Source of the DNA: Macrostomum lignano | Taxonomy: Eukaryota | DNA length: 64,000 nt | Assembly: GCA_002269645.1 (NCBI GenBank) | Contig: NIVC01002888.1 | Coordinates: 16,937-80,936, forward strand | Reading direction: 5' to 3' | Shown here: piece by piece, positions 47,901-60,096 of the stretch | Position numbering within the stretch: the first letter of the stretch is position 1 | Layout of the letters: each line of letters begins with the position of its first letter | Program-made: the position numbers and the translations under genes | Notes under the pieces: model-generated | Database searches by the model: none | Told to the model about the DNA's origin: nothing | What the model saw: the letters and a program-made list of their open reading frames with translations, nothing else

Positions 47901-49808
47901 GCGAACGGCCTCTCCGTCAGTGAATGTACATTCAAGTGACGAGAGTCAATGCGAACGGCCTCTCCGTCAGTGAATGTACATTCAAGTGACGAGAGTCAAT
48001 GCGAACGGCCTCTCCGTCAGCGAATGTACATTCAAGTGACGAGAGTCAATGCGAACGGCCTCTCCGTCAGCGAATGTACATTCAAGTGACGAGAGTCAAT
48101 GCGAACGGCCTCTCCGTCAGTGAATGTACATTCAAGTGACGAGAGTCAATGCGAACGGCCTCGCCGTCAGTGAATGTACATTCAAGTGACGAGAGTCAAT
48201 GCGAACGGCCTCTCCGTCAGTGAATGTACATTCAAGTGACGAGAGTCAATGCGAACGGCCTCGCCGTCAGTGAATGTACATTCAAGTGACGAGAGTCAAT
48301 GCGAACGGCCTCTCCGTCAGAGAATGTACATTCAAGGGAAACTAGCTCTTACCATCACGTGCTCAGGACGAACGTGAAAAGCGCAGTGGGCCTGTCCCAA
48401 CGCTAGCAGAACCGAGTTCAGCACCAGGGCGTCTTCTAGGCAGTCGACAGCGGCGCCCAGCGCCTGCATCACAGCTTCGCCATGCTTTTTCAATTTCTCG
48501 GGATCTGGCTCGTAGTCTGCTGACGCGGCGGCGTTGTTTTCATCTGAGCGAGCCAGAAGCTTGCGGAACAGGCTCCTCATTGACTTGTCCGTCTCGAATA
48601 GCCTGATGAGGTTGACGAGTGTAATAGGAATATTGTACGAGCTCAAATAAAATAGTCTAATTAGAAAACAGTTGTCTAGAGAGACTGAAAAGTTTTAAAT
48701 TAATTTCTAATTGAGCACATGTCAGCTTTGCATGCTTTTTGCGACTTCAACTTTGACATCGAGTAGCCCTGCCTGGCCTTACGAGCGCATAACCTTCGAT
48801 AACCCCGTCAGGGAAGCCTGACTTTTAGTAGAATTTTATTCTTCGCTACCCAGCGGACACAGCAGTCAGTGCAGTTGATTAAGCAGCATTTCTCTTTCAT
48901 CTGCTCCAGTCTCGACCGTCCAGCCATCTATTGGCCTTGAGAAGGGAAGCCACATTCGGATTGGCTATCCCCTTTGTGTAACTGGCAGAGAGGAACTTGA
49001 AGCACGACCGATCTTAAAAGCTTCCGATTCTAAATTTTCTTACAACTTTCACGCTAGGAGTTTTGTTAAAAGTTTCCGCTGTATCAGGATGTAACACTCG
49101 CGTTATATGAAAAAATTGAAAGTTAAATTTCGCTTTAAAATGCGAGTTAGAATATTTAAATTTATAAGCACTTCACAGCCGATTTTTTACCCGAGGCTGT
49201 CGAACGCGCGAAAATTGCAACAAATTACCATTCTTCCTACTAAAATGCTTACATAAATCTTCAATATAACTCACACCAGCTCGATATTCATATATCAGAA
49301 GCCTGGAGGTGAGATCAGCGCGTTTTTCAGCGAATTAGACCTTCAAAAATTTTTTTTCATAGAACGCCCATAGAACGGGAGAGTTGAGTTCCCAACAACG
49401 CCTAAATTACTGGGGTGTTATGGAGCATCGAATTCACACTGTGCAATCAAGTTTCAAGTTTCAATCAATGAATAATAATTAAATATTATTATTAAATATT
49501 GTTAGTAGTTGTCAAAAAGCAAAAACGGTTTCCCCGTCCAGGTGGTCAAGTGACACAGTGCTTTAGCCACCCTGCCCCTGTTCGCATGGACTCCCACTCT
49601 CCCATATTTACTTTGGCACCCACCGGATAAACACGAGCGCGCCAGTTCCGGCCAGGTCCTCGCAGACGCGGGCCCAGGTGCTCCTGACCAGGGCCATCTG
49701 GTCAGGGCTCAGCCGGTCGCCAATCTGATCGTTCAGCCGTCTCTCGGCGGCCGATTCCGACGCAGCAACGGCGCCGTGGTGCGCCTGCTTGGCCTGAGCG
49801 CAGCCCAT
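44983..49808 (-). CDS. Globin X-like, putatively N-acylated globin (199 aa)
   Basis: Exons 49624-49808, 48353-48602, 44983-45147, with introns at the canonical B12.2 and G7.0 positions. B10 Phe (LVFIR), CD1 Phe (RSLF), E7 His (KKHGEAVM), F8 His (LGQAH). N-terminus MGCAQAK. Confidence 0.93.
45187..45887. mobile_element. Possible non-autonomous DNA transposon carrying a 21-bp internal tandem array
   Basis: Imperfect TIRs CATAGGCGTAGGAGCG / CGTTCTTACGGCTATG and array TTTTAGCGCC(G/A)CAGGCACTCA at ~45350-45740. No clean TSD. Confidence 0.45.
47475..48336. repeat. 50-bp tandem repeat, about 17 copies, in globin intron 2
   Basis: GAATGTACATTCAAGTGACGAGAGTCAATGCGAACGGCCTCTCCGTCAG(C/T) read directly. 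Confidence 0.98.
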
Positions 49809-50689
49809 CTTACAGCTCCTCGTTGGAATTCTTTTGTACTCTGCTTAATTGGAAATATCTTCTTTTGCCAGGTCTAGCTGTCAGTAGAAGACGGGCTCTC
49901 ATATTGAAAAGCCCCGTCTCAAATCAGGGAGCGATGCTGCTGATTGGCTGTCTGCAGAGGAGGCATCGCTTGCCAATGGTGCAAAAGTACTCCATGAACA
50001 CTGTCTGTGTAGGCTTGAGTTTGAACAAGCTAAGGTCAAAAGTAGTAACAGGCCGTTACTACTTTTCGTTATCGTTCTATTCGGCTAGACAATCTGTTGA
50101 TAAACCAACAAATTTTGTTACAGAAGTGGTCTCCAGCCTCTGTGCCTTTCTCGGGTGGCCGATTTAGAAAACTATTGCAATAGTATACGCCACAGCGCCT
50201 ATAGGGATTAATGAGATTAAGCGGAGGCGAGTCTCCAATGAGATGGAGAAGACAGAGGGCGAGAGAGCGAGGCGGAGATCCTGGCTGAGAGTAAGGGCCA
50301 TCAAGCGGGAGATACGGTCGGGATTGTATTACCGCGAGAGATATGAGGCTTGGCTTGGCTCGCTGGCAATGAGAGGCCGGGCGGCATCGATTCATTTAGT
50401 AAGAGAAAAATGTCTCGCGAAACGTGAGCTGGCCCTGCCAAAGTATTTATAGTCTCTGCCGCTATCGCTACGGATTTCTTATGGCCACGCGAGACGGAGT
50501 CGACCTCGGTGCATGGGCGTCGAGATCTAGAAGCAGAGCCTCCAAAACCCCCGTTTCAGACAACTGCAGTCTATCCTATTTTACTAAGCATAATATAACT
50601 ACTGGTCATGAGATTCTGAGTCTTAATTTTTACAATTGTCAACAAAACGATTGATAGGAACATGAAATTTATTAAGTGAAAATACTGTC

Positions 50690-50965
50690 TGTGGCGCTGA
50701 ATTGGCGCTAAATCTCACCTGTAGCGCTGAATTGGCGCTAAAATCTCACCTGTAGCGCTGAATTGGCGCTAAATCTCACCTGTAGCGCTGAATTGGCGCT
50801 AAAATCTCACCTGTAGCGCTGAATTGGCGCTAAAATCTCACCTGTAGCACTGAATTGGCGCTAAAATCTCACCTGTAGCACTGAATTGGCGCTAAAATCT
50901 CACCTGTAGCACTGAACTGGCGCTAAAATCTCACCTGTAGCACTGAACTGGCGCTAAAATCTCAC
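50690..50965. repeat. 30/31-bp minisatellite GGCGCTAAAATCTCACCTGTAGCGCTGAATT
   Basis: About 9 copies. Confidence 0.95.
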
Positions 50966-51884
50966 GTGTGGTGCTCAAATGACTCAAAAATATCAGGCCG
51001 TATGAATAAAGTCTGTAAGAACTTGCAAGTTCCGCCTTTAAATTTGAGACGGAGCAGCTGCTCAAGTCTGGGAATTCTGCGTCTCTGGTCAGGTCGGAAG
51101 ACTGGCGATCCGGATAAAGTTCCGTTGAGCGGGAGCTTATTTCGGAAAGAGTTCTGCCGTGTAGAAATATAAAGACACTCATCTGATTCAAACTGACCCG
51201 AGGTTTTACTCAGCCTCTGAGTCTTTGATTGAAATCCAGAGCAACAACTTTGAGCAAATTCTCTAGATCAAGTTGTTTTCTCAGAAGTCACCGCTCCGTT
51301 TATTCATACAGACTTGAGACCGAGATGAAACTACTTGGTTTCATTTTATTGCTGAATATCTGTAAATTATGCAATTCACTCATTTAAAAATCATTTGGTT
51401 TTGGCAAAAGAAACTGACTGTCTCTGGACCTCTAGCGCTCCCCCTCCCTACTCCTGCCTGAGCTTACAAGAGCTATAGGGAATTAAGTTCTACCAAAACT
51501 GCACAGCAAACGGACAGGAAATTTTCTGCGACCGCGCGCGACAGCTGTTTCGGCCTGTCTTCTTTTTGTATCCGCAGCTTAGGTCGAAGAGCCACTGGCC
51601 TGCGCTGGGAAGAAAAAATTTTTCGCTTGGAGCTGACTGTTAGCTGCAGTCAGTAGCGCAACTGTGCCTGCATATTGGCAAGTGTAGACTGCATCAGCTG
51701 TTGCTGCCGCTAAAAACCACCCCGTGCGGGTAGGGAGAGGAAGGGAAGGAGAAGACACGGCCAGCGCAGTATAAATCAAGCAGCAATATTCGACTGCTGT
51801 TCTTTCTAATCTTTCTATTTTCTTCGCACAGCAACTTTGCCAGAGAAGAGCCCAGCTATTGGTAAGCACAATGCACTGAATTAC

Positions 51885-52765
51885 TGTTGGGTCTTAGTGT
51901 TCCAGTCTTGGTTCCTACAGCATGGGGTCTTAGTGTTCCAGTCTTGGTTCCTACAGCATGGGGTCTTAGTGTTCCAGTCTTGGTTTCTACAGCCTGGGTC
52001 TTAGTGTTCCTGTCTTGGTTCCTAAAGCCTGGGTCTTACTGTTCCAGTCTTGGTTCCTACAGCCTGGGTCTTACGAGCGTACTGTTCCAGTCTTGGTTCC
52101 TACAGCCTAGGTCTTAGTGTTCCTGTCTTGGTTCGTACAGCCTAGGTCTTAGTGTTCCAGTCTTGGTTCCTACAGCCTGGGTCTTACGAGCGTACTGTTC
52201 CAGTCTTGGTTCCTACAGCCTAGGTCTTAGTGTTCCTGTCTTGGTTCGTACAGCCTAGGTCTTAGTGTTCCTGTCTTGGTTCGTACAGCCTAGGTCTTAG
52301 TGTTCCTGTCTTAGTTCCTACAGCCTGGGGTCTTAGTGTTCCAGTCAATTAGTTCCTACTGCATCGGTCTTACTGTTCCTGTGTTAGTTCCTACTACTTG
52401 GGTCTTACTGTTCTTGTCTTGATTCTTACAGCAGGGGTCTTACTGTTCTTGTCTTGATTCTTACAGCAGGGGTCTTACTGTTCTTGTCTTGATTCTTACA
52501 GCCTGGGTCTTGCTGTTCCTGTCTTGATTCCTACAGCCTGGGGTCTTAGTGTTCCAGTCTTGGTTCCTACAAACTGGGGTCTTGCTGTTCCTGTCTTGGT
52601 TCCTACAGCCTGGGTCTTACTGTTCCTGTCTTGATTCCTACAGCCTGGGGTCTTACTGTTCCAGTCTTGGTTCCTACAGCCTGGGGTCTTACTGTTCCTG
52701 TCTTGGTTCCTACAGCCTGGGTCTTGCTGTTCCTGTCTTGATTCCTACAGCCTGGATCTTACTGT
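51885..52765. repeat. 35/36-bp minisatellite GGGTCTTAGTGTTCCAGTCTTGGTTCCTACAGCCT
   Basis: About 24 imperfect copies, beginning ~25 nt after a GTAAGC donor at 51862 (likely a 5' UTR exon of the SLC3 gene). Confidence 0.93.
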
Positions 52766-53750
52766 CTTTTACCAATTACTAAAGCCTGTTCAATGCTTAG
52801 CAGCTCTGTTTCTGTTGTCAAGGTAGTGACTAAGTCATCTGACGCCTGTTTAACGCGTAGCTGATGTGCACTTTATTAATTTGTTTACTCACTCTCGCAG
52901 CATGATTTGACACGGCAAATACAGACTATTTACCTAAGCAATTATACTCTTTGAGTGCAGACTAATTCATTGTCAAATCAATAATTCGAGGCAATTAACA
53001 AAGCCTTTCCAGTGTGCAATCGAGACGAAAAGAACTTGTTGCCAACAGTGATAAACCGTGTGAATTGTAACACTTTCGAGTTAGAGTAGGAATGGCTAAG
53101 AGGCAATTGTGAACCATCTTCTAACGTGTAGCTACTAGCGCTAAGAGTGTAACACGAGAAATTCGCATCCTATAGACTTAGGAAGGTGCGTAGGAAGGTC
53201 GCATCCCGATCGTGACTGGAGAAACATCTGCAGCAGATTGAATCAGATTTCTTCGCGTGACTTTACTGCAATTCTCAGACGATTGCAAGCATTAAAGTAT
53301 TAAAGCGGAAGGATTTTTTTAGAATAAAAGATGTCGGATCAAACTGCTTTTTGTCTAGCAAACTTTAGGCTAACTGAACTTTACTGAAGTCGAGATATCG
53401 TTTCGTTTCCTTTGCGCATTTGAAGCGGCTACATCATGCAAAAATCAGTCTACTATAATACCCAAGAACCAAACCCTAGTGGCATAGCAACTATTGGAAG
53501 TAGACAAATATGAGCTATCTACATCACACTAAATGCTCTGGCAAAGTTTGGTCGTTGTCACCATCGGAACATCTATAATTAAGGAGAACTACCACATCCT
53601 TTAGTAGACATTTTACCTGTTTTGAAATGAATCTTGAAGCCTTAACATTTTTTTCCTTCATGACATACCGGACAACTTTAGAAGCTTGTAGATGTGGACT
53701 ACCTAAAAAGTCATATTTGTTATATAAAAAATTGCTATATCGGGATCTCT

Positions 53751-53985
53751 TAGACATCGGGATTCGGGATTTACATCAGGATTGCTAGACATCGGGATTC
53801 GAGATTTATATAGAGATTGCTAGACATCGGGATTCGAGATTTATATAGAGATTGCTAGACATCGGGATTCGAGATTTATATAGAGATTGCTAGACATCCG
53901 GATTCGGGTTTTACATCGGGATTGCTAGACATCGGGATTCGGGATTTACATCGGGATTGCCAGACATCGGGATTCGGGACGGGAT
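53751..53985. repeat. 35-bp minisatellite TAGACATCGGGATTCGAGATTTATATAGAGATTGC
   Basis: About 6.5 copies. Confidence 0.93.
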
Positions 53986-54079
53986 CCCGTCGGAGGCCTT
54001 CATCAAATTAACCGCGCAGCAATTTATTGATTCGAGTATCTCGCACCTGCCCGCAGTTCGCTAAGCGATTCATTTAGCA

Positions 54080-56006
54080 ATGGTAAAAACGCCACCGACC
54101 AGCGAGCAGGATCCTGAGCAGCCGCCTACTCAACATGTCGACGACGATGCCGCTGATGCGCTGCCTCTGGTGGAGATCGCGGACCCATCGCGCAAAAGTG
54201 AGCACCAGAACGAGCAGCGCCAGCCAGCGCCGCAGCTCTCCGGACTCACGAGAGAGGAGCTCGAGGCCTACGTCAATGACCCGTTTTGGCGCCGGCTCCG
54301 CCTAGCAACCCTCTGCCTGTTCGCTGCCCTGTGGCTCTGCATGTTCGCAGCGGTCATTGTCATTGTGGTGGCCTCGCCAAAATGCCCCCAGGCCTCCCAG
54401 GCAGTTCTGGCAGCGGCCCGTCTACCGCCTGCAGCTGGCCGCATTCGCCCCTGCAACCAAACTCGGATCCGAGCGCGGTTGGCAGCCTGGCTGGGCTGGC
54501 CAACCGACTGGCGTACCTGCGCGACACCCTTGGCATGTCCAACTTCCTCATTGGCGGCGGTGTCAACCCGGTCGGTCCGGCGTCCGGCTGCCCGACCGAC
54601 TTTGCCGCCATCAGGCCGCCACTGGGCCGACTGAGCGACCTGAGCGCTCTGGCTAAGAAGGGCCGCAAGAAGGGCTTCAATCTGATACTGGAGCTCGACC
54701 TCAGCCAGGCCGATCCCGCTTGGTCGGACAAGCCCGACGACTTCATCAAATCGCCCTGGCCTGGAAAATCCAGCCGCGACTCGAAATTGGCCTGGAGCAA
54801 CGAGCAGCTTCATCTTCCGCGCTCCACCTGCAACTCGCTGAATGTCAGCTCGCCAAGCGTCCGATCGCGTCTCGGCGCCGCCCTAACCGCCTGGCTCGAC
54901 GCCGGCGTCTCTGGCTTCCTACTAAACAACGTCGCTTTCATGGCACCAACAGTCGCGGACAGCCCGCCGATCCCAAACTCCGATTGGTTCGCCAGCGATC
55001 CGCGTGCCTCATCTGTATAGCAACTCGAGCGTCGAATTTGTGCGCTGGGCACGAGGGCTGCTGAATCAGGAGGCCGACCGCCTCGGCCGTGACTTAGCGC
55101 TGTTCGTTGATCCCGAAACACTGGATTTCCCAGCCGCCCGACCGTCTGGCGGCCTATCTAGCAGCTGGAGCGCACGCCCGTGGTCAGCGTCGGGCTCGGC
55201 CGGCCGTTGAGCGAAAAATCTCCCGCTGGTGCCGACTCTTCCAACGCACGCCGTCTCGTCGAGTCCGTGATGGCCGCCGTCGGAAGCAAATTCGAAGGCG
55301 GCGTCATTTTCGCCACCGCTTGGCCGAGCCTTCGCCGTCCGACGGACCCGATGCTGACCGCCTTGTCGCTCACCCTGCCGGGAGTGCCGTGTCTCTACTA
55401 CGGCCAGGAGCTGGGCATGGTTCACGTGCCTGGCGTACGTTTCCAAAGCAACTCGTCTTACTGTCAAGCTACCTGCCGGGCAACGACTCCACGGATCCAT
55501 CAGAGACGCCAATGCAATGGTCCGGCTGCCGCCTAACGCCGCGCTGCTAAAGAACACTAGTTCCCGACTTGACTGGGTGGACCTGCAGCCACGTGCCGCC
55601 GACATCCGGGCTCACAACTGCGCCGCTTGGCCGCCTCCGGCCATCCAGCCTCGGCGCTGCAATTCGTCCGCGATCTTCTAGGCCTGGTGAGCAGTCTTGA
55701 GTCGCTACAGTGGGGCCGACGTCGACTTCCTTCCGACGACTCCGGCGGCGGCAGCTCGGCCGGCCTAATAGCTTTCCGACGCCGTGCGGTTCGCTTCCCG
55801 GCTGTGTTCGTCGTCAGGAACCACGGGGGCGGTGGTCTACAGTGGACCTGACGGCTGGCGAAGCCGACAGCGGATCAGTGACCGGCTCGCTGAAGCTGAT
55901 TTACTCTGGCGGAGGCGGAGCCGGCGGCGCGTACGAAGTTGGCCAGTCCTACAGGCTGGATAGGGTCTTCGTGCCGGGAATTCAGCACGCTGGTGTTTCT
56001 GGCTGA
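54080..56006 (+). pseudogene. SLC3A2: SLC3A2/4F2hc-rBAT-like heavy chain, intronless, with about 8 frameshifts (pseudogene or assembly indels)
   Basis: SLC3 N-terminal motif SGLTREEL..YVNDPFWRRLR, a TM helix and PKCP. GH13-like motifs FWQRPVY, GSLAGLANRLAYL, LTLPGVPCLYYGQELG, TPMQWS and SLQWG lie in successively different frames. Confidence 0.85.
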
Positions 56007-57378
56007 CTCATGAAGGATCTTGACTCTCGGCGAAAAAAAGAAATACAATACATTGACTCAATTAGGAGGGCTAGAGCTAGAGAAGAAAAATGACAGTTCA
56101 TCAAAAGCAGACACTTTGCCCCTCCGAAAGTCCATACAGCGGCTTAATTAGAGAAAGTATCCGAATAAAAAAATGGCGCACTCCGTGCAAACCACCTTTT
56201 TGGCCATCTCGTTCTCCGGACTAATAAGTTAAGATCGTGACAGATGTGACATTTGCTGAACTCAGTCTTTTGCTAATCCTTTCACTGGCTTGAATCTACG
56301 CTTGTAAGTAAAGAATTCAGCTGACAGAAAAGACTAATTATAAACTGGTTTAATTCGACATCGAGAGCGCGTCTGGGTTTAATACTCGCCAGATTTGCTA
56401 TTTATAAATCATAACCAAAGCTGCAATGTATTGTTTAGTAATTGGCACGAAATTTACGTTAGTACTTACTAATAGTAGACCACTGTTTCAAATGAAGAAG
56501 TTTATGTTAAGTTAGTTATAGGTTACTTATATATGAACAGTAATAGCAGCGGTTTGAGATCGCAGTGCATACGCAGAACAAGCGAAACAATAGGTAACAA
56601 TCCAAATTACCAGACCTGAACCTCGCGATCGTTTGGTAGCATTTCTAAGAAGCAGTTTGTAATTTAAGACAGAAATATTTAATTTGCGAAGAAGATAAAA
56701 ATACATATTGAAAACACGGACTACTTAAGCAGGAGGTTTCTTAGAAAATTATAGATGTTTTTACCGAAAAAATACATTACGGAGATAGTAGGTTTTCATT
56801 TTTTCGGTACAAAAATTTGTTATTGTTTTCGATAGGAGGCAAACCCTTCGTTTATCTTTTAAAATGTCTTGCCTTTCTCATAGCCCTATTGCTATTCCTA
56901 GAGCGAGTACGGTCTACAAGCTAGTACAAATTTGTTACAGTCATTAAGCTTAGAATAATAAAATCGATTCGTAAAGCCAATGAGTCGAACTGTGCCATTT
57001 TTATGATTTTTAGACACAGTTTTTGACACTTGTACCATTGTACGTAGGATAAAAAGCTAAAATAGAATCCTAAAGCTAAATAAACAAAAAGCTCTTACTC
57101 AATCAGTCCTTGACTGGAAAGTGTATAGTCAATGCGCTATTACATTTTAATAGGAAGTGGTAGCAGGTCAACCAAATTTATGTGGATATTGTCGGCTAGA
57201 AAAAAGCTATCACAAGGCGTGCCGCCCATCCTACTCTCTGAATTCTGAACAGTTTAAACATCCGTTGCTTACTGACATAAAAATATGTTTCTGATTGATA
57301 TTCAAAGCCTCTACGAGCGTATTTGGCACGCGAACAAATGTTTCAGACGCGAGCCGACCAGAATCCCCAATTAAGGTT

Positions 57379-59246
57379 TCAGTTGTTGGTTGGCTGGCCG
57401 CCTCCGCTGCCTTCGCCACTTGTCGGTCCGTAAGACGTCGGCGGCGAGCTTCCAGTTGAGCCCGCCGAGGTGAGTGGCGTATTCTGGCTGGGCGGCGGCA
57501 TCATCGGCTGCTGCTGCTGCATCACAGGTTGGGGAGCGGGCATGGCTGATGGCATCGGCATCGCTTGCTGGCTGGCTAGGGCCGCCTGGGCTTGCAGATC
57601 CATGTAGCTGCGGCCCTTTGCTTTAGCGAACGAAGCGTTCCGGAAGCTTTTAATAAAGTAGAGCAGAGCTAGGCCTAGGATAAGTGTGCCTGAAGAGAGG
57701 ATTATGGGTGTGGGGTCGGTCGATGTCGTTACCAGCTGTTTTCCTGCTCTCGGGGGTCTCTCGGGGGCCCACCCAAGCAACAACTCCAACTTTCATATCG
57801 TGAAAGACAATAAGAAAACTTCATGCTGCACATAACCTCAGAACCTCATAAGCTTTAAAATTCACATTAAATAAAAAATAGTTTTCACTGATTTGTTGTT
57901 TCGAGAATACAAAATTGACTGACATAGTGATAGTGCAGATAGCCCGGCCTTCAACCGAGACTGGCTCAACCACCTCGGGCCCAACCCGTCCCTGGACGAC
58001 GCTTGCCGGCCCGAGAACATCCCACGGCTCATCCGGTTCCTCCGAGCACCAAATGAGCCTCCGTCTTCCCTACCGGAGACAACGCTGCAGACAGGACCGG
58101 CAGACCTCCCTGACCGGCCCCGCGCCCTAGCCTATGCGGGCCTTTTAGGGATTAGTGGAATTGGCGACGCTCGCCTCCCCGCTGCGTCTTCGGACCGCCC
58201 TGCAGCTAAGTCAAGTAAGTCAAGATAGTGCAGATAGAGAAGTATCAATAGATATGCTTTTACTCTACTAGTAGTAGTTCAGGCTGGGGAAATGTTACTA
58301 GTGGAGACATACAAGGGGTTGGGAGTTTCTTTACATGTACAAACGTATTGCCATGCCTCAGAAATAATACTTTGAGACTCTCAGTATGAAGTTTCGAGCT
58401 TTTGAAGCGCCCCGCAAACGCCTTACCTGACAGCACAGCCTTCAACACGCTCGAACTTTGGTCGTTGTTGCGCAAGAACAGCGGAATCGGTAGGGCAATG
58501 TACAGAATTGTCTTCCGCCAGCAGTCGATCCACTTGATTGCCCGCCAGATCATGCAACAGCAGCTCATATCGCTGCGTGTTTTCAATTTGAGTAGAGATT
58601 AAGAAGGATATCGGAGTTGGTTGTAGTGGTTTCCATCACACCCTCATATTATTTATTGCATAAATGAACTAAGCAATTAGATGTGTGCCTCTTTTTTTAA
58701 TCAGCACGTCACGAGATCTTCACTCACTCGCAGCAGTTGCACTTGTCGAACAGCCAGACAGATTCCAGAAAGGTCAGCAGAACTGTGATGCCTCTGAAAA
58801 TTAAAATAAGTCGATATTCAGCGACGCCAAGGTGATTATATAGAATTGTTTCATTATTCTATCACAATATAACAAACGGAACGCATTATCTTACAGCAGG
58901 TACCAGCCGTTGATTGTGTGGTACTTCTCTACCGTCAGAATGCTTATCATCATGATGTAGAGACCTGTCAGAAGGGAAAGAATCTGAGACTGATTCAGAT
59001 GTGGAAATCAAAACGTTTTGCAAATGCTGAAGGCTAGACATAGCAAGTCTGTAAGACATGTCTGGGAAGTAATCTAATCTAGCCTTTTATTTTTGGCAAT
59101 AGAAATGCCATAAAATTCTTCCCGAGCTTCGGCCTCAGGCCTTGTTTTAACTTACAAACGACAACAACCAGGCCTGCCATGCGGCACAGCATGGTGATGT
59201 ACTTGAAGCAGCAGGTTCTGTCCTCTTCTAGCTCGATAAAACGCAT
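57379..59246 (-). CDS. TMEM72: TMEM72/Flower-like multi-pass membrane protein
   Basis: Exons 59156-59246, 58895-58964, 58728-58793, 58427-58572, 57379-57743; phase-consistent. Reads KYITMLCRMAGLV..GWYLLGITVLLTFLESVWLFDKCNCC..WRAIKWIDCWRKTILY. The family call is from remembered similarity. Confidence 0.7.
57943..58223 (+). mobile_element. 5'-truncated LINE fragment (3' end of ORF2 plus tail)
   Basis: 14-bp TSD GATAGTGCAGATAG (57929-57942 and 58224-58237) and a TAAGTCAAG tail. Peptide PAFNRDWLNHLG..LDD..ENIPRLIRFLR aligns with [26 protein letters not shown] of the full-length element. Confidence 0.85.
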
Positions 59247-60096
59247 GGTTGAATGAACTTAATTGTTTCTGTTACAGTCCTATCGATCAAGAATCGTGTA
59301 CCGATTTCCACTGTAGCTGACGAAATCCGCCTTTCCTCACGGCTTCTGCAGTTTTTTGCCCGAATTTGAAGGCTCAGTTGGGAGGTGGGCCGGTTGAGTT
59401 GGGCGAGGATCGCATGAGGCACTCCTGAAATCTCTATGTCTTTTGTCTCCGCACACTATTTCATTACTATAGCCACCCTCACTCAACCCGCTCGCCTTGT
59501 TCGTCTTCGCAGTCATGCCACTGCGAGTTAAACGCGCTTTTCTATCTCTCAGCTGTCTCCCTCCGCGCGCTTAGCCAAACTTGATCAAAGGCAAACAAAT
59601 CTTCCAGTTCTGGAAAGAGAAAATCAATCAATTCACAGACTATGAGGGGGAATAGGGTTTTAGCGGAGCAGCCCACTCAATCTGTGCTCTGTCCCTTTAG
59701 CTCCTGAATAGAAGCAACGCAGTAACTGGACAAAAGTGATCTGGCTGACTTGCTTTGCAACGGCCATGCAAACTAAACTTTTGTTCCTCGAACTGTACTG
59801 TTATTTTCTGATTCATTTCATACTAGTGTAATCTAAGTAATTTCTGTGGGAAGATCTTCGTCGGGAACAAGCTAGTAAAGCACTCTAACGAGCGTATTGG
59901 TCTTAATATTTAACTGCAATTCAATAATTTTTAACGACATTTTTATTTTTCCTGAAAAGAAATGACGCGATTTTTACAAAACCGAAAAAAAGAATAGTCA
60001 GTTCAATGATGCAAAGAGTCATGGAGAATTGCTTTTACTAAGTAATTTAGTCAATTGGATCAATATAAAGCAAGCAAGTTTTCAACGTTTCAAGTC

